Of a stretch of DNA of 64,000 bases, positions 29,470-43,706 are shown piece after piece. The notes under the pieces were generated by a model. It searched no databases. It saw only the letters and a program-made list of their open reading frames with translations, and was not told the DNA's origin. The position numbers and the translations under genes are program-made. The stretch comes from the human T2T-CHM13v2.0 reference genome, Homo sapiens. Location: assembly GCF_009914755.1 (NCBI RefSeq), contig NC_060925.1; one strand, written 5' to 3'. How positions within the stretch are numbered: position 1 is the stretch's first letter; each line of letters begins with the position of its first letter.

Positions 29470-31463
29470 TTTTTTAAAAATTATTATTTTAGGTTCAGGG
29501 GCACATGTGCAGGTTTGTTTTATAGGTAAACTTGTGTCATGGGGGCTTGTTGTACAGATTATTTCTTCACCCAGGTACTAAATCGAGTACCTAATAGTTA
29601 TTTTTTCTGATACTCTCCCTTCTCCCACCCTTCACCCTCAAGGAGGCCCCAGTGTCTATTGTTTCCTTTGTGTTTATGAATTCTCATCATTTAGCTCCCA
29701 CTAATGAGTGAGAACAGGCAACATTTGGTTGTCTGTTCCTGTGTTAGTTTGCTAAACTTAATGGTCTCCAGCTCCGTCCGTGTTCCTGCAAAGAACATGA
29801 TCTCATTCCTTCAAGGCTGCATAGTATTCCATGGTATATATGTACCATATTTTCTTTATCCAATCTGTCACTGATGGGCATTTAGGTTGATTCCATGTCC
29901 TTGCTATTGTGAATAGTGCTGCAGTGAACATTCACATGCATGTGTCCTTATGGTAGAATGAGTTATGTTTCTCTGGGTATATACCCAGTAATGGGATTGT
30001 TGGATTGAATGGTACTTCTGCTTTTAGTTCTTTGAGGAATCACCATACTCCTTTCCGCAATGGTTGAACTAATTTACACTCTCACCAACAGTGTATAAGT
30101 GTTACCATTTCTCCATATCTTTGTCAGCATCTGTTGTTTTTTGACTTTTATATAATAGCCATGCTGACTGGTGTGAGATGGTATCTTCATTGTGGTTTTG
30201 ATTTGCATTTTTCTGATGATCAGTGATGTTGAGCTTTTTTATTTTTTTCTTCTCATATCCCTGTTGGCCATCTGTATGTCTTCTTTTGAAAAATGTCTGT
30301 TCATGTCCTTTGCCCACTTTTTTCTTGTAAATTTGTTTAAGTTACTTACAGATGCTGGATATTAGACCTTTGTCAGATGCATAGTTTGCAAAAATTTTCT
30401 CCCATTCTGTAGGTGGTCTGTTTACTCTATTGATAGTTTCTTTTGCAGAAGCTCTTAAGTTTAATTAGAATCCCTCTTGTCAATTTTTGCTTTTGTTGTT
30501 ATTGCTTTTGGTGTCTTTGTTATGAAGTCTGCCCATTCCTACGTCTCAGATGGTATTGCCTAAGTTGTCTTCCAGGGTTTTTATAATTTTGGGTTTTACA
30601 TTTAAGTCCGTAATCTATCTTGAGTTGATTTTTATATATGGTGTAAGGAAGGGGTCCAGCTTCAATCTTCTGCATATGGCTAGCCAGTTATCCCAGCACT
30701 ATTTATTGAATAGGTAGTCCTTTCCCCATTGCTTGTTTTTGTCAGCTTTGTTGAAGATCAGATAGTCGTAGGTGTGTGGCCTTATTTCTGGGCTCTCTAT
30801 TCTGTATTCTGTCCCATCAGTCTATGTGTTTGTTTTTGTACCAGTACCATGCTGTTTGGTTACTGTAGCCCTGTAGTATAGTTTGAAGTCAGGTAGTATA
30901 ATTAGTTTAGCTGTGTTCTTTTTGCTTAGCATTGCCTTGGCTACTTGGCTGTTTTTTGGTTCCATTTGAATTTTAAAATAGTTTTTTTCTAGGTCTGTGA
31001 GGAATGACATTGGTAGTTTGATAGGAATAATATTGAATCTATAAATTGCTTTGGGCAATATGGCCATTTTAATGATATTGATTCTTCCTATCCATAAGCA
31101 TGGGATGTTTTTCCATTTGTTTGTGTCATCTCTGATTTCTTTGAGCAGTATTTTGTAGTTCTCATTGTAGAGATCTTCCACCTCCCTGGTTAGCTGTGTT
31201 CCTAGGTATTTTATTCTTTTTGTGGCAATTGTGAATGAGATTGTGTTCCTGATTTGGCTCTCAGCTTGGGTGTTGTTGGTATATAGAAATGATAGTGATT
31301 TTTGTACACGGATTTTTCTATCCTGAAACCTTGATGAAGTTGTTTATCAGCTGGATGACACTATGGGGTTTTCTAGATATCAAATCATGTCATCTCTGCA
31401 AACAGGGATAGTTTGACTTCATTTCTTTCTATTTGGATGCCATTTATTTCTTTCTCTTGCCTG
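29470..31463 (-). mobile_element. 5'-truncated older L1PA (L1PA13-16-like), 3'UTR plus ORF2 remnant
   Basis: L1 3'UTR text; ORF 30822-31181 ([29 protein letters not shown]) is a decayed ORF2p segment. Confidence 0.92.
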
Positions 31464-32330
31464 AAGAAGCAGTCTTTCAATTTTTCTTTGGAGAGTCCAA
31501 GAAAGATTTCATGTAAACTAGTAGAATTTGAAATGGGCATTAAATAGTAAGAATTTGATAGATCGAGATGAAGCCAGACGCACAGAAATAAGGATGTGTT
31601 TAGGGAACAGAGAATTTTCTATGTGACCTATGTGTCTAGAAGAGGAGTGGTGGGAGATAGAGCTGGCAGAGTGAATTGGGGCCCTATGGAGGATTGCTAA
31701 GATGAGGAATTGGTACTGAATTTAGGAAGCAATGAGGAGCTGTTAATGATTTGTAAGAGACATTGCAGTGTGCCTGGAGTCAGGCTTTAGGAAGATTAAG
31801 TTGGCCACATATTAACTGGAGGATACATAGATGGAGGGAGACATCTGAGGTACCAGTGGGGAATTAATGATTGAATGGTAATAGGGCTTGAAAAAGTATG
31901 TTTACTGGTGGAAATGGATACAGGTCATTTCAGAGACAGAGGCTGTGATTACAAATGGTGAGTGACAGAAAGGCAGAGAGGGAATAAAAAATAATTTCAA
32001 ACTTTGAGTAGATCCCTGGAGGAAGGATAGTAAAATTCATAGAAGTAAATAAGTTTAGAGAGGGAAGGAATGCATTCTCTCTCTACTTGCAACTGGTCAG
32101 ATCTTCCATTCTACCATCAAGCTCAGGGTTATCCATGGAACATCCCGTTTGAACACTCTGTCTATGCTGATTTTGACCTTCTCAGATGTCCTGATGACTT
32201 ATGGTTCAAAACTGTTTAAAACTTGAATATTTCTGACTGTTTCATTAACATTAGCTTTTGCTTCTGGGACAGACTGCAAACCCTTAATTAGTATTCCCCA
32301 CAGTATCTTGAATGATAGTGTTTTAGGTAC

Positions 32331-32723
32331 CATTATGGACTGAACGTTTGTATCTCCTCCACAAATTCATGTTGAAGCCCAAACCCCAAATATAACGATA
32401 TTTGGAGATAGGGCCAATTAGGAGGTAATTAAGATTAAAGAGGTCATAAGGGTGAGGCCCTGATCAAATAGGATTAGTGTCCTTATAAAAAGAGGCACTG
32501 GAGAGCTCTCTCTCTCTCTTCCTCTGCACAAAAAGAAGAGGCCATGTGGATACAGAGAGAAGGCAACCATCATCAAGTCAGGAAGACAGCCCACACCAGA
32601 ACCTGAACCAGCTGAATCTTAATTTTGGGCTTCTAGCTTCCAGAACTTTAATAAATAAATCTCTTTTATTTAAGTGACCCAGCATGTGGTATTTTGTTAT
32701 GGTAGCCTGAGCAGACTAATAAA
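32331..32723 (+). mobile_element. MLT1A-like solo LTR
   Basis: tatggactgaacgtttgt...gtagcctgagcagactaat; TSD ggtac/agtac. Confidence 0.85.
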
Positions 32724-34725
32724 AGTACTTAACTTGTATTGAGTTTTTGCTAATTAAATTGTTGATCTGACTTAGATGGGTTGGTACTGAGAGTGAGGAT
32801 CATGTGTTTAAGTAAGAGATTTATTTTTACATTTATGAGAAAAAATTCACTGATGCACTAATATTCTTAGCTTGATAAGCTAGTGTCCTTAGCCCATGTG
32901 CCTCAGTTTTTGAGGTATCCATTCTTTCACCTGTACTTCTCTCTTCATTTTCTTAATGATGTAAACTACTTGTGAGTCTCCCATCTCAACCTTTGCCCTC
33001 TTCAGCTGCTGACTTAGCTTTCCTACCCGATAACCATCACACAACTCTCACTGTCTAAATGCAGGAACCAAATGGATTTGAAAAAAAGGATTATGATACT
33101 GAAAAGATTGGTCCATCCCAGCATCTCCCAAAGCAAGTATATGGATATCTGTGTAAGATTTACCTGAGGAACTTATGAAATAAAGGTTCCTAAGCTCCAC
33201 TAATGGAGGCCCACTCAGTGGGTCTGGAGGTAAGCCATGGTAATCGGTATTTTTCAGAAGCTCTCCTCATGCTCCTGATAAGCAGCCAGATATGGGAGCT
33301 ATTAATCACCACTTCCACAATTCCCATTATTTCTGCAGCTGAGGATAACGAATGCAGTGTGTCTTCCTTCCCCATCAGTACACTGAAACCGCCCTTCCCA
33401 AGGTCACCAACGATCTCCAGACAGCTTAATTTACTTTCCAAATATGTCTGAAACTGATCATCTGTGCTTAATTCCTACAACCACTGACTGAGTACAAGTT
33501 GTCATCATTCATCTTCTGGACTATAACAATAGACTCATAATACTTTCCCCATTTGTAACCTTCCAATCTGACTTTCACACAGCCATAGCATAATTGATAT
33601 GGAATTCAAATTAAATCACATCACTGTCATAGTTAAAATTTTTCAGTTCCTAATGCCAACAGCATAAAATCATCAAAGCTTCTTGGGATGTCATACAAGG
33701 CCCTGTGTAGCCCAGCTTCTCCAGGTTATGTGTTGTTATTCTTTTACCTGGCTGTGTAGCATACCCCCTAGACACCCACCACGCTGTTTCATTGCCTTTG
33801 TTCACGTTGTTATTGTTCTTCACCCCACTATTATTATCTTGAATTTGGGTCTCCTTTCCTCTGGGATACCCCAACTGCCTCCCACTTCCTCATGTCTCCT
33901 AGGTTTCTTGTCCCTCTTCTGGGTATACATAATTCTCTGAGCATTTCTCTCATGTTATACTTACCACATTGTGTTAAATTATCTTATTTGCTTCTATCAC
34001 TAAATTGTGAGCCTCTCGAGGGCAGGGTCTCTTTTATTTGTTTATCTTCACTTCTAGCATATGGTAATTTCTGAATAATTATTCAATGCATTAATCTACA
34101 AATATAATGGAGAGCTTTCAGCCTTTTTCATACCTGATTTATCTGCAACATGTGATGCCTTTTATTGAACATCCACTGTGTGCCAGGCACTGTCTTAAGC
34201 ACCAGAAAGACAGTAATAAGTGAAAAAGCACATTCCTTGTCATTTTGGAGCTTGCAGTCTAATGAAGAGGCATATAATAAACAAATAAAAATGTATAATT
34301 ATAAATCAGTATGGATGCCATGACAGGAATGATCAGGATAGTGATAGAACATGACAGAGAGTGACATATTTATCAGTTGGTCAGGGAAGCCAGTCTGATC
34401 AGATGACATTTCAGCTGAAGGACAAGGAATCAGTCATAAGAAGAGCCAGGAAAAAGCATTCCTTGCAGAAGGAACAGTATGTGCTAAGACTTCGAGGGGT
34501 CACAGAAGTCTGTGTGTTGGAGGAACTTAAGGTAAGTCAGTGTCTCCAGAGCTCAGTCGAGAGGGAGAAATATAGCAAGGAAAGATAGCAGAGGGAAGTT
34601 CAGGTAGGCTCTGTTGTTGCCAAAAATAGATTTTATCCAGAGTGCTATGGTAAGTGACTGAAGGAAGGATTTTAATCAGGTTAGTTATGTAATCTGATTT
34701 ACATTAGAGAAAGATTACTCTAGGT

Positions 34726-35200
34726 CAGTGCTTTTCAAGACAATAGTCACTACCCCATGTAGCTATTATAACTAATGCTACTGAGAAATTGAATTTCCAG
34801 TTTAATTTTAGTTACTTTAAATCTACTTTTAAAAATATAACGAATTCAGTTAAGTATGTTTTGGTACATGAAGCTACTTTTTCAACTATAAATTTTGTGA
34901 ACTTTAAATATAGATCAGGTATTTCTGATAAAAATTTAGCATCCAAGTTGAGATGTGCTCTAAGTGTAAAATACACATGAAATTTCAAAGATTTGCTATG
35001 GAAAAGAATACAAACTGCCTTATTAATGATTTTATATTGATTATTAATACATATTGAAAGGATTATAAGTTGGAGAAATTGGGCTAAATAAAATGTATTG
35101 TTTAATTTTACTTGCTTCTTTTTACTTTTTGTAATGTGGCTATTAGAACATTTAAAGTTATTTACATGGCTCATATTATATTTCCATTAGACTTGCATTG
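34726..35200. mobile_element. hAT-Charlie1/MER33-type DNA transposon
   Basis: cagtgct...gcattg termini; 8-bp TSD ctctaggt/cactagat; tgagatgtgctctaagtgtaaaatacac motif. Confidence 0.8.
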
Positions 35201-35649
35201 CACTAGATGCTGTGATGATAATGGATTGGAGGCAGGCAAAGTAGCAGCAGAGAGATGGGTTAGGAATCTTTTGCAGTTGTCTAGGTGGGTGATAATGGTA
35301 TCTTTGATTAGGGAGTGGCAGTGGAAATGGAAAGAAGTATAAAGAGTCTACAAATATTTTGGAAGTAGAGTCATAATGACTTGCTGATGGACTAGATGGG
35401 GAAGGGAAGAATGAAAAAACGACTCTCAAGTTTTTGACTTGTGACTGGATTGCAGTGTTGCCATTTCCTGTAGTGGGAAGACTGAGAAAAAAGTTGGGAG
35501 TTGAACATCTAAGGTATGGATTTGGGCATGTTAGAGCCTGTAAGGTATGCAGGTGGTTGGATATAAGAGCCTGGGGCACAGAGGAGAGTTTAACTGAAGA
35601 TATTAATCAGTACTTGTCAATATATCATTGATATTTAAAACCTTAAGAC

Positions 35650-37345
35650 TGCACACCAAAAACTATACAACATCATTGAAAGAAATTAAAGAAGACCAAC
35701 TAAAATGGAAAGATATCCTATGTTCATGAACTTGAAGACTTAAGTGTTAAAATGGCAACACACCTCAAATCAATCTGCAGACTTAATGAAATTCCTATCA
35801 AAATTCCAGATGCCATTTTTGTGCAGAAATTGACAAACTGATCTTAAAATTTTTATGGAGTTGCATAGGATTCAGAATGGCCAAAACAATGTTGAAAGCA
35901 AAACAAAACAAGTTGAAGGACTCACACTTCCCAGTTCTAAAACTTACTACAAATCAGTGTAATACTGGTGTAAATATACACATACTAAATGAATGGAATA
36001 GACTTGAGAGTCCAGAAATAAACTGTTACATTCGTGGTCAATTGATTTTTAACAAAAGTACCAAGATAATTCAATGGAGGAAAGAGTAGCCTTTTCAACA
36101 AATGGTACTGGGACAGCAGTATATCCATGTGCAAAAGAATACATTGGGGCCCCTACCTCACATCATATATACAGATTAACTCAAAATGGATCAAAGACCT
36201 AAATGTAAGAGCTAAAGCTACAAAATTTTTAGAAGAAAACACAAGTATAAATCTTGGTGATTTTAGATTAGACAGTAGTTTCTTAGCTACGATACCCAAA
36301 GCATAAGTGACAAAATAAAAAATAGTTAAAGTGAACAACATCAAAATTAAAAACTTTTGTGCTTCAAGGGACACTATTAAGGGTATGAAAAGATAACCCA
36401 GAGAATGGGGGGAAATTTTTGCAAATTATATATGTGATAGGGAACTAGCATCCTGAATACAAAAGGAACTCTTATAACACAACAATAAAAAGACAAATAA
36501 CCCAATTAAAAATTAGGCAGAAGACTTGATTTTCTAAAGAATGTATAAATAGCTAATATGCACATAGAAAGATGCTCAACATCAGTAGTCAGTAGAGAAG
36601 CAAATTAAAATACAATGATATGCCACCAGGTATCTCACTAGGACAGCTATGATAAAAAGGAGGGATACTAACAACTGCTGGTGAGGATGTGGAGAAATTG
36701 GAACACTCATCCATTACTGGTGGGAGTGTCAGATTGTACAGACACTTTGGAAAACAGTTTGGCAAATTCCTCAAAAGTTAAACATAGTTATCATAATGTT
36801 ATACGAAACAATTCAACTCCTAGATTCATGCTGAAGACAAATTAAAACACAAATATGTACATGCAAAAACTTGTGCATAAATGTTTATAGTAGCATTGTT
36901 CATAATAGCCAAAAGGTGGAAACACCCAAATGCCCACCAATTGATCAATGAATAAACAAAATGTGACATACATTGAATACAATGGAGTATTATTGAGCCA
37001 TAAAAAGGAATTAAGTACTGATACAGGCATGCTACAACATGGATAAATCTTAAAAACATTACACTAAGTGAAAGAAGTCAACGCAAAAGGCCAATAGTAT
37101 ATGATTCCATTTATATGAAATGTATAGAGTAGAGACAGAAAGCAGATTGGTGTTTGCCAGGGCCTAGGGAGAGGAAGGAATGGAGAATGACTACTAATGG
37201 GTATGGAGTTTTTCTTGGGTGATAAAAATATTCTGGAATTAAATAGAGATGGTGTTTTATAATATCATGAATATACTAAAAAATCACCAAATTATACTTC
37301 CAAAGGGTGACTTTTATGATCTTTAAATTATATCTCAATTAAAAG
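35650..37345 (+). mobile_element. 5'-truncated L1MB-type LINE
   Basis: Decayed ORF2 end plus L1MB 3'UTR ending aattatatctcaattaaa; TSD aaaacctta(a/g)gac at 35637-35649 and 37346-37358. Confidence 0.88.
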
Positions 37346-38784
37346 AAAACCTTAGGACAGAGATAAATCACTTTGAGGGAGAGTATATGAAAGAAGGAAA
37401 AGAGAAGCAGCAACAGAAGGGCCCTGCAAGGAAGCCCAAGAAGGAGAGGCCAAAGAACTAGAAAGAAAATCTAGAGACTCTTTAGAACTGAGAGAAAAGA
37501 GTAGTTTTGTTGGAGTGGTAGGAGTTGGGAAGCCTTACTGGAGTGGTTGAGAAAATGAGAGGTGAATAAATGGGGACACAGTGTGTAGATAACTCTTCTG
37601 AGAAGTTGGAAGAGAGTCTAGGGCAAAGGAGGGTGTGCTTTTTTTTTTTTTTAAAGACAATACATAACATTCAAAGGGGATGCTTTTTTTGATGGGAGAT
37701 ATTAGAGCATTTTTGTTTGCTAGTAGGAATGACCCAGAAGTAAGATCCAAGAAGTAAGGTAAGACCCAGAAGAAGATATAGATGACAAAGTACAGAAAAG
37801 CAGAAGAGAGAGGCAGGACATGCTTGAGAAAGTATGGTGAGATGGGCATCCCACAGAGGAGTAGGGATATCTTATCCACTGTAACTGAAAGGTAAAGAAG
37901 CTGGTGCAGACAAGAAGGGTGTATAGATTTGGTGGGGAATGTAGGGAAGCTCCAGTTTAATGAAGTGATAGCATCAGCTGATGGTAGGGTAGGAAGCAGA
38001 GGGAGGGGCAGAAAGACAGGAAAAAAGTATACAAAGACTATTTGAGGAAATGGGAATGTGAGCTTAGTAGAGAAATATATTCAAAATATTTATGAAATTT
38101 CCCTTTTCATAAGCCAATAACAGTTACATGAATTTTCTAAAATGCATGTTTTATCAAACCACTCTACTGCTAAAATCCCTGTTACCCAGCTTCTAAGCAT
38201 GCTGTAGAGTTTCCTTCATGGTCTGCCATCTGTCTTTATGTCCGTTCTCTCCTTCTCCTTCTATGCACTGGGGTGTGCAGTCCTGCTGAACGACTAAGGT
38301 TCCTAGAATGCAGCAAGCCCTTTCATGTCTCCATAGCGTTACACATGTTCCCCTCTACCTGGAAGGCTCTTCGGTTTCCATATTGCCAGGATAACTCTAC
38401 TTACAAGAACTAGTTATCACCTCTTCTTGAAAGCCTTCACTAAGCCCACAGGTAGAAGGTATTTACTAAGTGTGTGTTGAAAGACTGGAGATACTTAGTA
38501 TGAGCCTTATTGAATGAATGAGCTCTTTGAACACAGAAGAATTATCCAGAGTCTGGGCTGTATGTGCAAAACGCCAAGGACTTTAAAACTTATGTGGCTT
38601 TCTTGGTTTATTTACTCATCTGCAGAATGGAGATAATAAACATTATCTCAATTCCCTTTGCAGAGTCTAAAAAGTGGGTTTTAAATGTCTAATATACTCG
38701 TCAATAAATGATAGTTTAAAAAATAGTACTTAAGCAAAGATTTGCATGTAGCAAAACGTGACTGAGAGATTGCTTTCATTGCAG

Positions 38785-39335
38785 GGATTGCAAGGACACC
38801 TGCTGTATTTAAAATGCTGCATTTTCTTGGCATACCATTTAAGACAAATTACAAAAACCTATAACTGAAGCCTGTTTTTCCAAAAGGTACGTTTCCTGGT
38901 TTGGACCTGTGGGTAGTGAGTGGAAGAACACATTTGGTGTAGAAGGAAAATATGTATATATTCTGATCTACCCTGCATATTTTCCATTAAGGTCTCCAGC
39001 TGCCTGAACATTAAGGAGCTGTGCCAGTAAGGAGGACAAGACCTGGTAACTGGTTAAAAGAAGCTAACAGAGCTCATGATAAGGCTTGCCAGCCTAGAGG
39101 ACAAACTGCCAGTTGTCTATAGAACAGACAGGACTTGTGGGAGCATAGTGTGTTAAGTGGAGGCCCCTGAGCTTAGAAAAAGGGGCTTTCCTATTAGGCA
39201 GGAACCAAGAGAAGCACAAAGAGATCATAGTTTATAAATATGCAACAGACACCTCTGTTTGGAAGGAGGCACAACACTTATTGTGGGATTGTCATTGTGT
39301 GGCTTGCTTTTTTCAATAAATTCCCTCCTTAAAAA
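38785..39335 (+). ncRNA. Candidate two-exon intronic transcript or alternative terminal exons (possibly the annotated DNM3-IT1)
   Basis: Acceptor tgctttcattgcag|38785; donor caaaag|gtacgt after 38886; acceptor ttttccattaag|38992; AATAAA 39315-39320. The link to DNM3-IT1 is from memory only. Confidence 0.45.
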
Positions 39336-39826
39336 TTTTTATATAGATTGAATATTTGTAAATAGTGTTTTATTATTGATTTACATTATTATGTTAGTAA
39401 TGCTTTAATTTTCAGTTTTGCTTGCCAAAAATTTTCTAATTCTTGCTTAAATAAAAAAAAAAACTAATTGTATAGCTTGGAGTTCCAAATTTAGAATGAG
39501 AATCTTTTTGTGAGGCTAAATTGTTTTGTAATGAAATTAATCACTCATTAATTTGCCTCTTAAAATACAGACTTATTTAAAATCTAGTGGGTTTTCTTAA
39601 TTGGACGGAGAGACATTCTTGTAATTCATAAGAAGTTATTTATCTTCTCTCCAAATGAAATTATTTTAAAATTTAAATTTATTTATGTCTTGCTTTTCTG
39701 CAAAGGAATTGAGGTGGCTTCCTACAAACTATATTCATTTATTTATTCATTCTTTTCTATAACTATTTATGGAATTATTAGACATTTAAAATAAAACATT
39801 AAAGTCAAATAGAAGTGAAGAGGCAG

Positions 39827-40145
39827 GGCTGGGCGTGGTAGCTTATGCCTGTAACCCCAGCACTCTGGGAGGCTGAGGCAGGCAAATCGCTTGAGCCCGG
39901 GAGTTCTAGACAAGCCTGGGCAACGTGGTGAAACCTCATCTCTACAAAAAAATACAAGAATTAGCCAGGTATAGTGGTGCATGCCTGTAGTCCCAGTGCT
40001 TGAGAGGCTGAGACTGGAGGATCTCTTGAGACTGGGAGGTCGAGGCTGCGGTGAGCCATGATCCTGCCACTGCACTCCAGCCTGGGTGACAGAGCAAGAT
40101 CCTGTCTCAAAAAAAAAAAAAAAAAAAAAAAAAGAATGAAAAAAG
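39827..40145 (+). mobile_element. AluJ
   Basis: Alu dimer; TSD gaa(g/c)tgaagaggcag. Confidence 0.92.
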
Positions 40146-42419
40146 AACTGAAGAGGCAGGACCAAGGTAAGATAAAACCAAGAAATGGAGAATGAAAAAT
40201 TCCCAAACCTAAATATTGACCTAATAATGGGATTAAACACATGTAAACACCCCATTAGGGGAAAAAGTGAAATATGATCACTTAGACAGTTTTGTTATCT
40301 TCGAGGATTAAGAAACATTTTTATTCATACATATTCCTCTAGAGGTGAGTAAAAAACAATTTCTCATATTTTATAACAGCAAATACAGTAGCTTCCTTTC
40401 TCTGTGATCTCACTTCTCATCAGGGTTTAGCTGGGTGGGCAACTTTGGATCTTGAGTCTGTATCCCTTTCCTACATTTTCAGATCCATGTTGAGATTTCA
40501 ATGTAAATACTCATACTTTTACTAATAGATTCAGCATCTTCCCCAGAGAGGTCATGTCCTCTGTGTATTCTCTTAATCAACAAACCTTGAAGCTTTCATA
40601 TTGCCTTCATCTTTCCTTTCCCCACATATACTAAATTTTGTACATTCTACTTGAGTAGTGCCTTTGTTCTCGTTGGTGCCCTTTCATTTCTGTTGCTGTT
40701 GTCCCAGCTCAGAGCTTACTTTCCTCTTGCCTGATTTATCCTAATAACTTATTTAATAGCATCAGTTCTTCCAGTGTCAACCCCCACCTTAGTCATTCTA
40801 AATACTCTTGACAGAATTCTCTTAAAGCACTACTCTAATCGCTCCCTTTCCCTACACAATAGAATCCTAACTTCTTGGCATAACTTTAAAAGCTTTTAAT
40901 GATCTGGCTACCAACTACTTCCCAGCATAATTTTCCATTTCTTTTGTACATCATAGGTAGCCATTCTCTGAAACCGTCCTTGTACTTTCTCTCCTTTGTG
41001 TCATCACTCATACCATTCCCTCCATCTAGAATGCTTTTGCTCCTTCTATTCCTCCCATTTCAGTTGAATCCAGCAAATCTGTACTGAGTGTTTGCTACAT
41101 GCCTAAGGATTGTACCAACTACTTTGGTTCCAAAGATGAGGATAATTATCCTTTCCCTCAAAGATCTCACAGACTTATGTAGAAGAATTGGTAAATTGAA
41201 GTTGACATATTGCTTCCTCTATAAAGCTTTCCTAATTTTCAAGTTTAAATTAATTTTTCTTTTTTTCATATGCTTTTCTTTTTTTTAAATAACACTGACT
41301 TGTACTTTTCAAATAGAATGTGTGTATGTTTTAAATATAAATTATTTCATATGCCCCATTTTATTATAAGCTTCTATGGCATCATGTTATCTGGGTCCTT
41401 AGGTCTTTAGGCATGCCACATTATAATTCTCACATAGTAGGTGTTCAGTAATTTTTTGCAAGGTTGTGTACCTGGTGAATGTGCTGAGATGACATAGATC
41501 ATGTAGGTATCACTGTCAAAGCAGTCACACTCAGTTGTACTTTTAGGGTCTTGCTTTAAAAGCTGCTTTTAGGTCGTATTTTAAAAGTTTAGGTGCACCT
41601 AAGGTTCCAACAAAGGCTAAATGTTTTTAAACTTTTAAGTGACGTGTGTAACCACACATGGAGTTCAGCCTTTGAAGTCAGCAGGAACTCCACACAGCAT
41701 GTAGAGAAGATCCTGGAACACTTAGGAAGGGGGTAGGAGTGTGGCCTTTAGGGCAGGGCTCCCTAAAGGATAAAGGAGCTGAAGGTCAGGCTTTGAACTG
41801 ATTTGAAGAAAACTAGTGTCTATGTTAGAGGTGATTGCTTTTGAAATTTGATATAATTCTGGCTAATCCATTGTGAAAATGGCTACTGGTTAAGTAGTTG
41901 AGGAATACTGTGCTTCCTGTGCCTCTGTGATTGCTTTATTTCACTAAAAATTTGTATTTTAATATGGCTGTTCGTGCTTCAAACCTCACATATTTGGAAT
42001 ATGAAGTCACATCTGCGCTAGGCTCCAGTAGGCTGCATCCCTGGTTTATCCAGTCCATGATTCTTCTGCTAATAGCCAAGTGGCATTCCATGGGGAGATG
42101 CAGGACACATTGTTTTTCTTTCAGATATTAACTCTATGCTAAGGTTAGAGGCACCCAAACTGGTTTTTGTATATTTATGGTATTGTCACTCATAAATTTT
42201 TCCATACTTCCTTTGGATCTACTTTTATTTAAATATCTCTTTGTGGAATAATGTTTTCATCATATTTATTATCCACTTTGGACATTTTTAATGGGTTCCA
42301 AACTCACATGACTGAGTGTCAAAGAACATCCCCATCATCCTAGTATTTGGTATTTGTGGGTTTTACTTCAGTGGTACCGTTGGTCATATATCACATATAT
42401 AGGTTCTGTATTTACCATA

Positions 42420-42800
42420 ACCCACCATATTTTATTCATCAAAGATGTCACACACTTAAGATGTAGCATTATTTTATATACAGCTAAGAAAGAAAAAGAA
42501 AATCATTGTTAATTAAACTAAGATACTTTCTTATCACTTAACATTTTTGTTTTATAGTTAATGGAAAATATCTTGGGTTGTAGAAAGATTTTTATCATAT
42601 GCCACTCTTATAGGTATATAAACTATAAGATATAAATGAAATACATTGGTAAATTACTCTAAAAATTTCTTCACATTGAGTCCAACTCTTTATGGATCTT
42701 CCTTCAGCTCAAAATTGTTATCTGTGTTTTTCTACCCAGTGTCATCCCCCATGCTACTAAGAGTATTGGTGGTGAAGCATTTCTTAAAAGGCTGCTTCTT
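42420..42800 (-). mobile_element. TcMar pogo/Tigger-type DNA transposon relic (MER97-like)
   Basis: Minus strand near 42720-42792 reads PFKKCFTTNTLSSMGDDTG*KNTD, resembling the pogo transposase C-terminal FKKCxIxNxLDGxEDD motif. Confidence 0.5.
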
Positions 42801-43187
42801 GCTTGAGTGAGTGTTATTTTCTAAGAGACAGGATCTCTTAGGGGTAATCAGTTTGGGAATTCCTTGGTCAAGCCCTGGGTCCTACCCTCCCTGATGAGGG
42901 TGACAAGAGGTGTCCTGCACACAGCTCCTGGCATGCCAGGCATTCATCTTCTCTGTGGTCTGCTCAGGCCAAGAGGCAGAAACTGAACTGCCCTCAAATA
43001 CTTGGTACCCAGCCAAGTGATTTTTCCTGTTTTCAACCTTGACACTGCAATCTGCGCATTGCGTGAATAAGTGGAAATTTTCGAGCAAGAAATAGCTTCA
43101 TGCCAGTTCTATTTGAAATGTTCAAACCACCTATTTAATGGCATCTTCACAGCCATGCATAATTGAGTTAGAGATGTCACAACTTAG

Positions 43188-43706
<519 letters not shown>

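Larger units (their letters stand above)
34160..38080 (-). mobile_element. Long L2 remnant with nested Charlie1-type and L1MB insertions
   Basis: L2 3' end (tttattgaacatccactgtgtgccaggcactgt) with collinear continuation after each insert. Confidence 0.7.

Noticed and set aside
30822-31181. 119-aa ORF resembling a reverse-transcriptase-adjacent protein
   Set aside because: Decayed L1 ORF2 fragment in a 5'-truncated copy; not a gene and not mobile.
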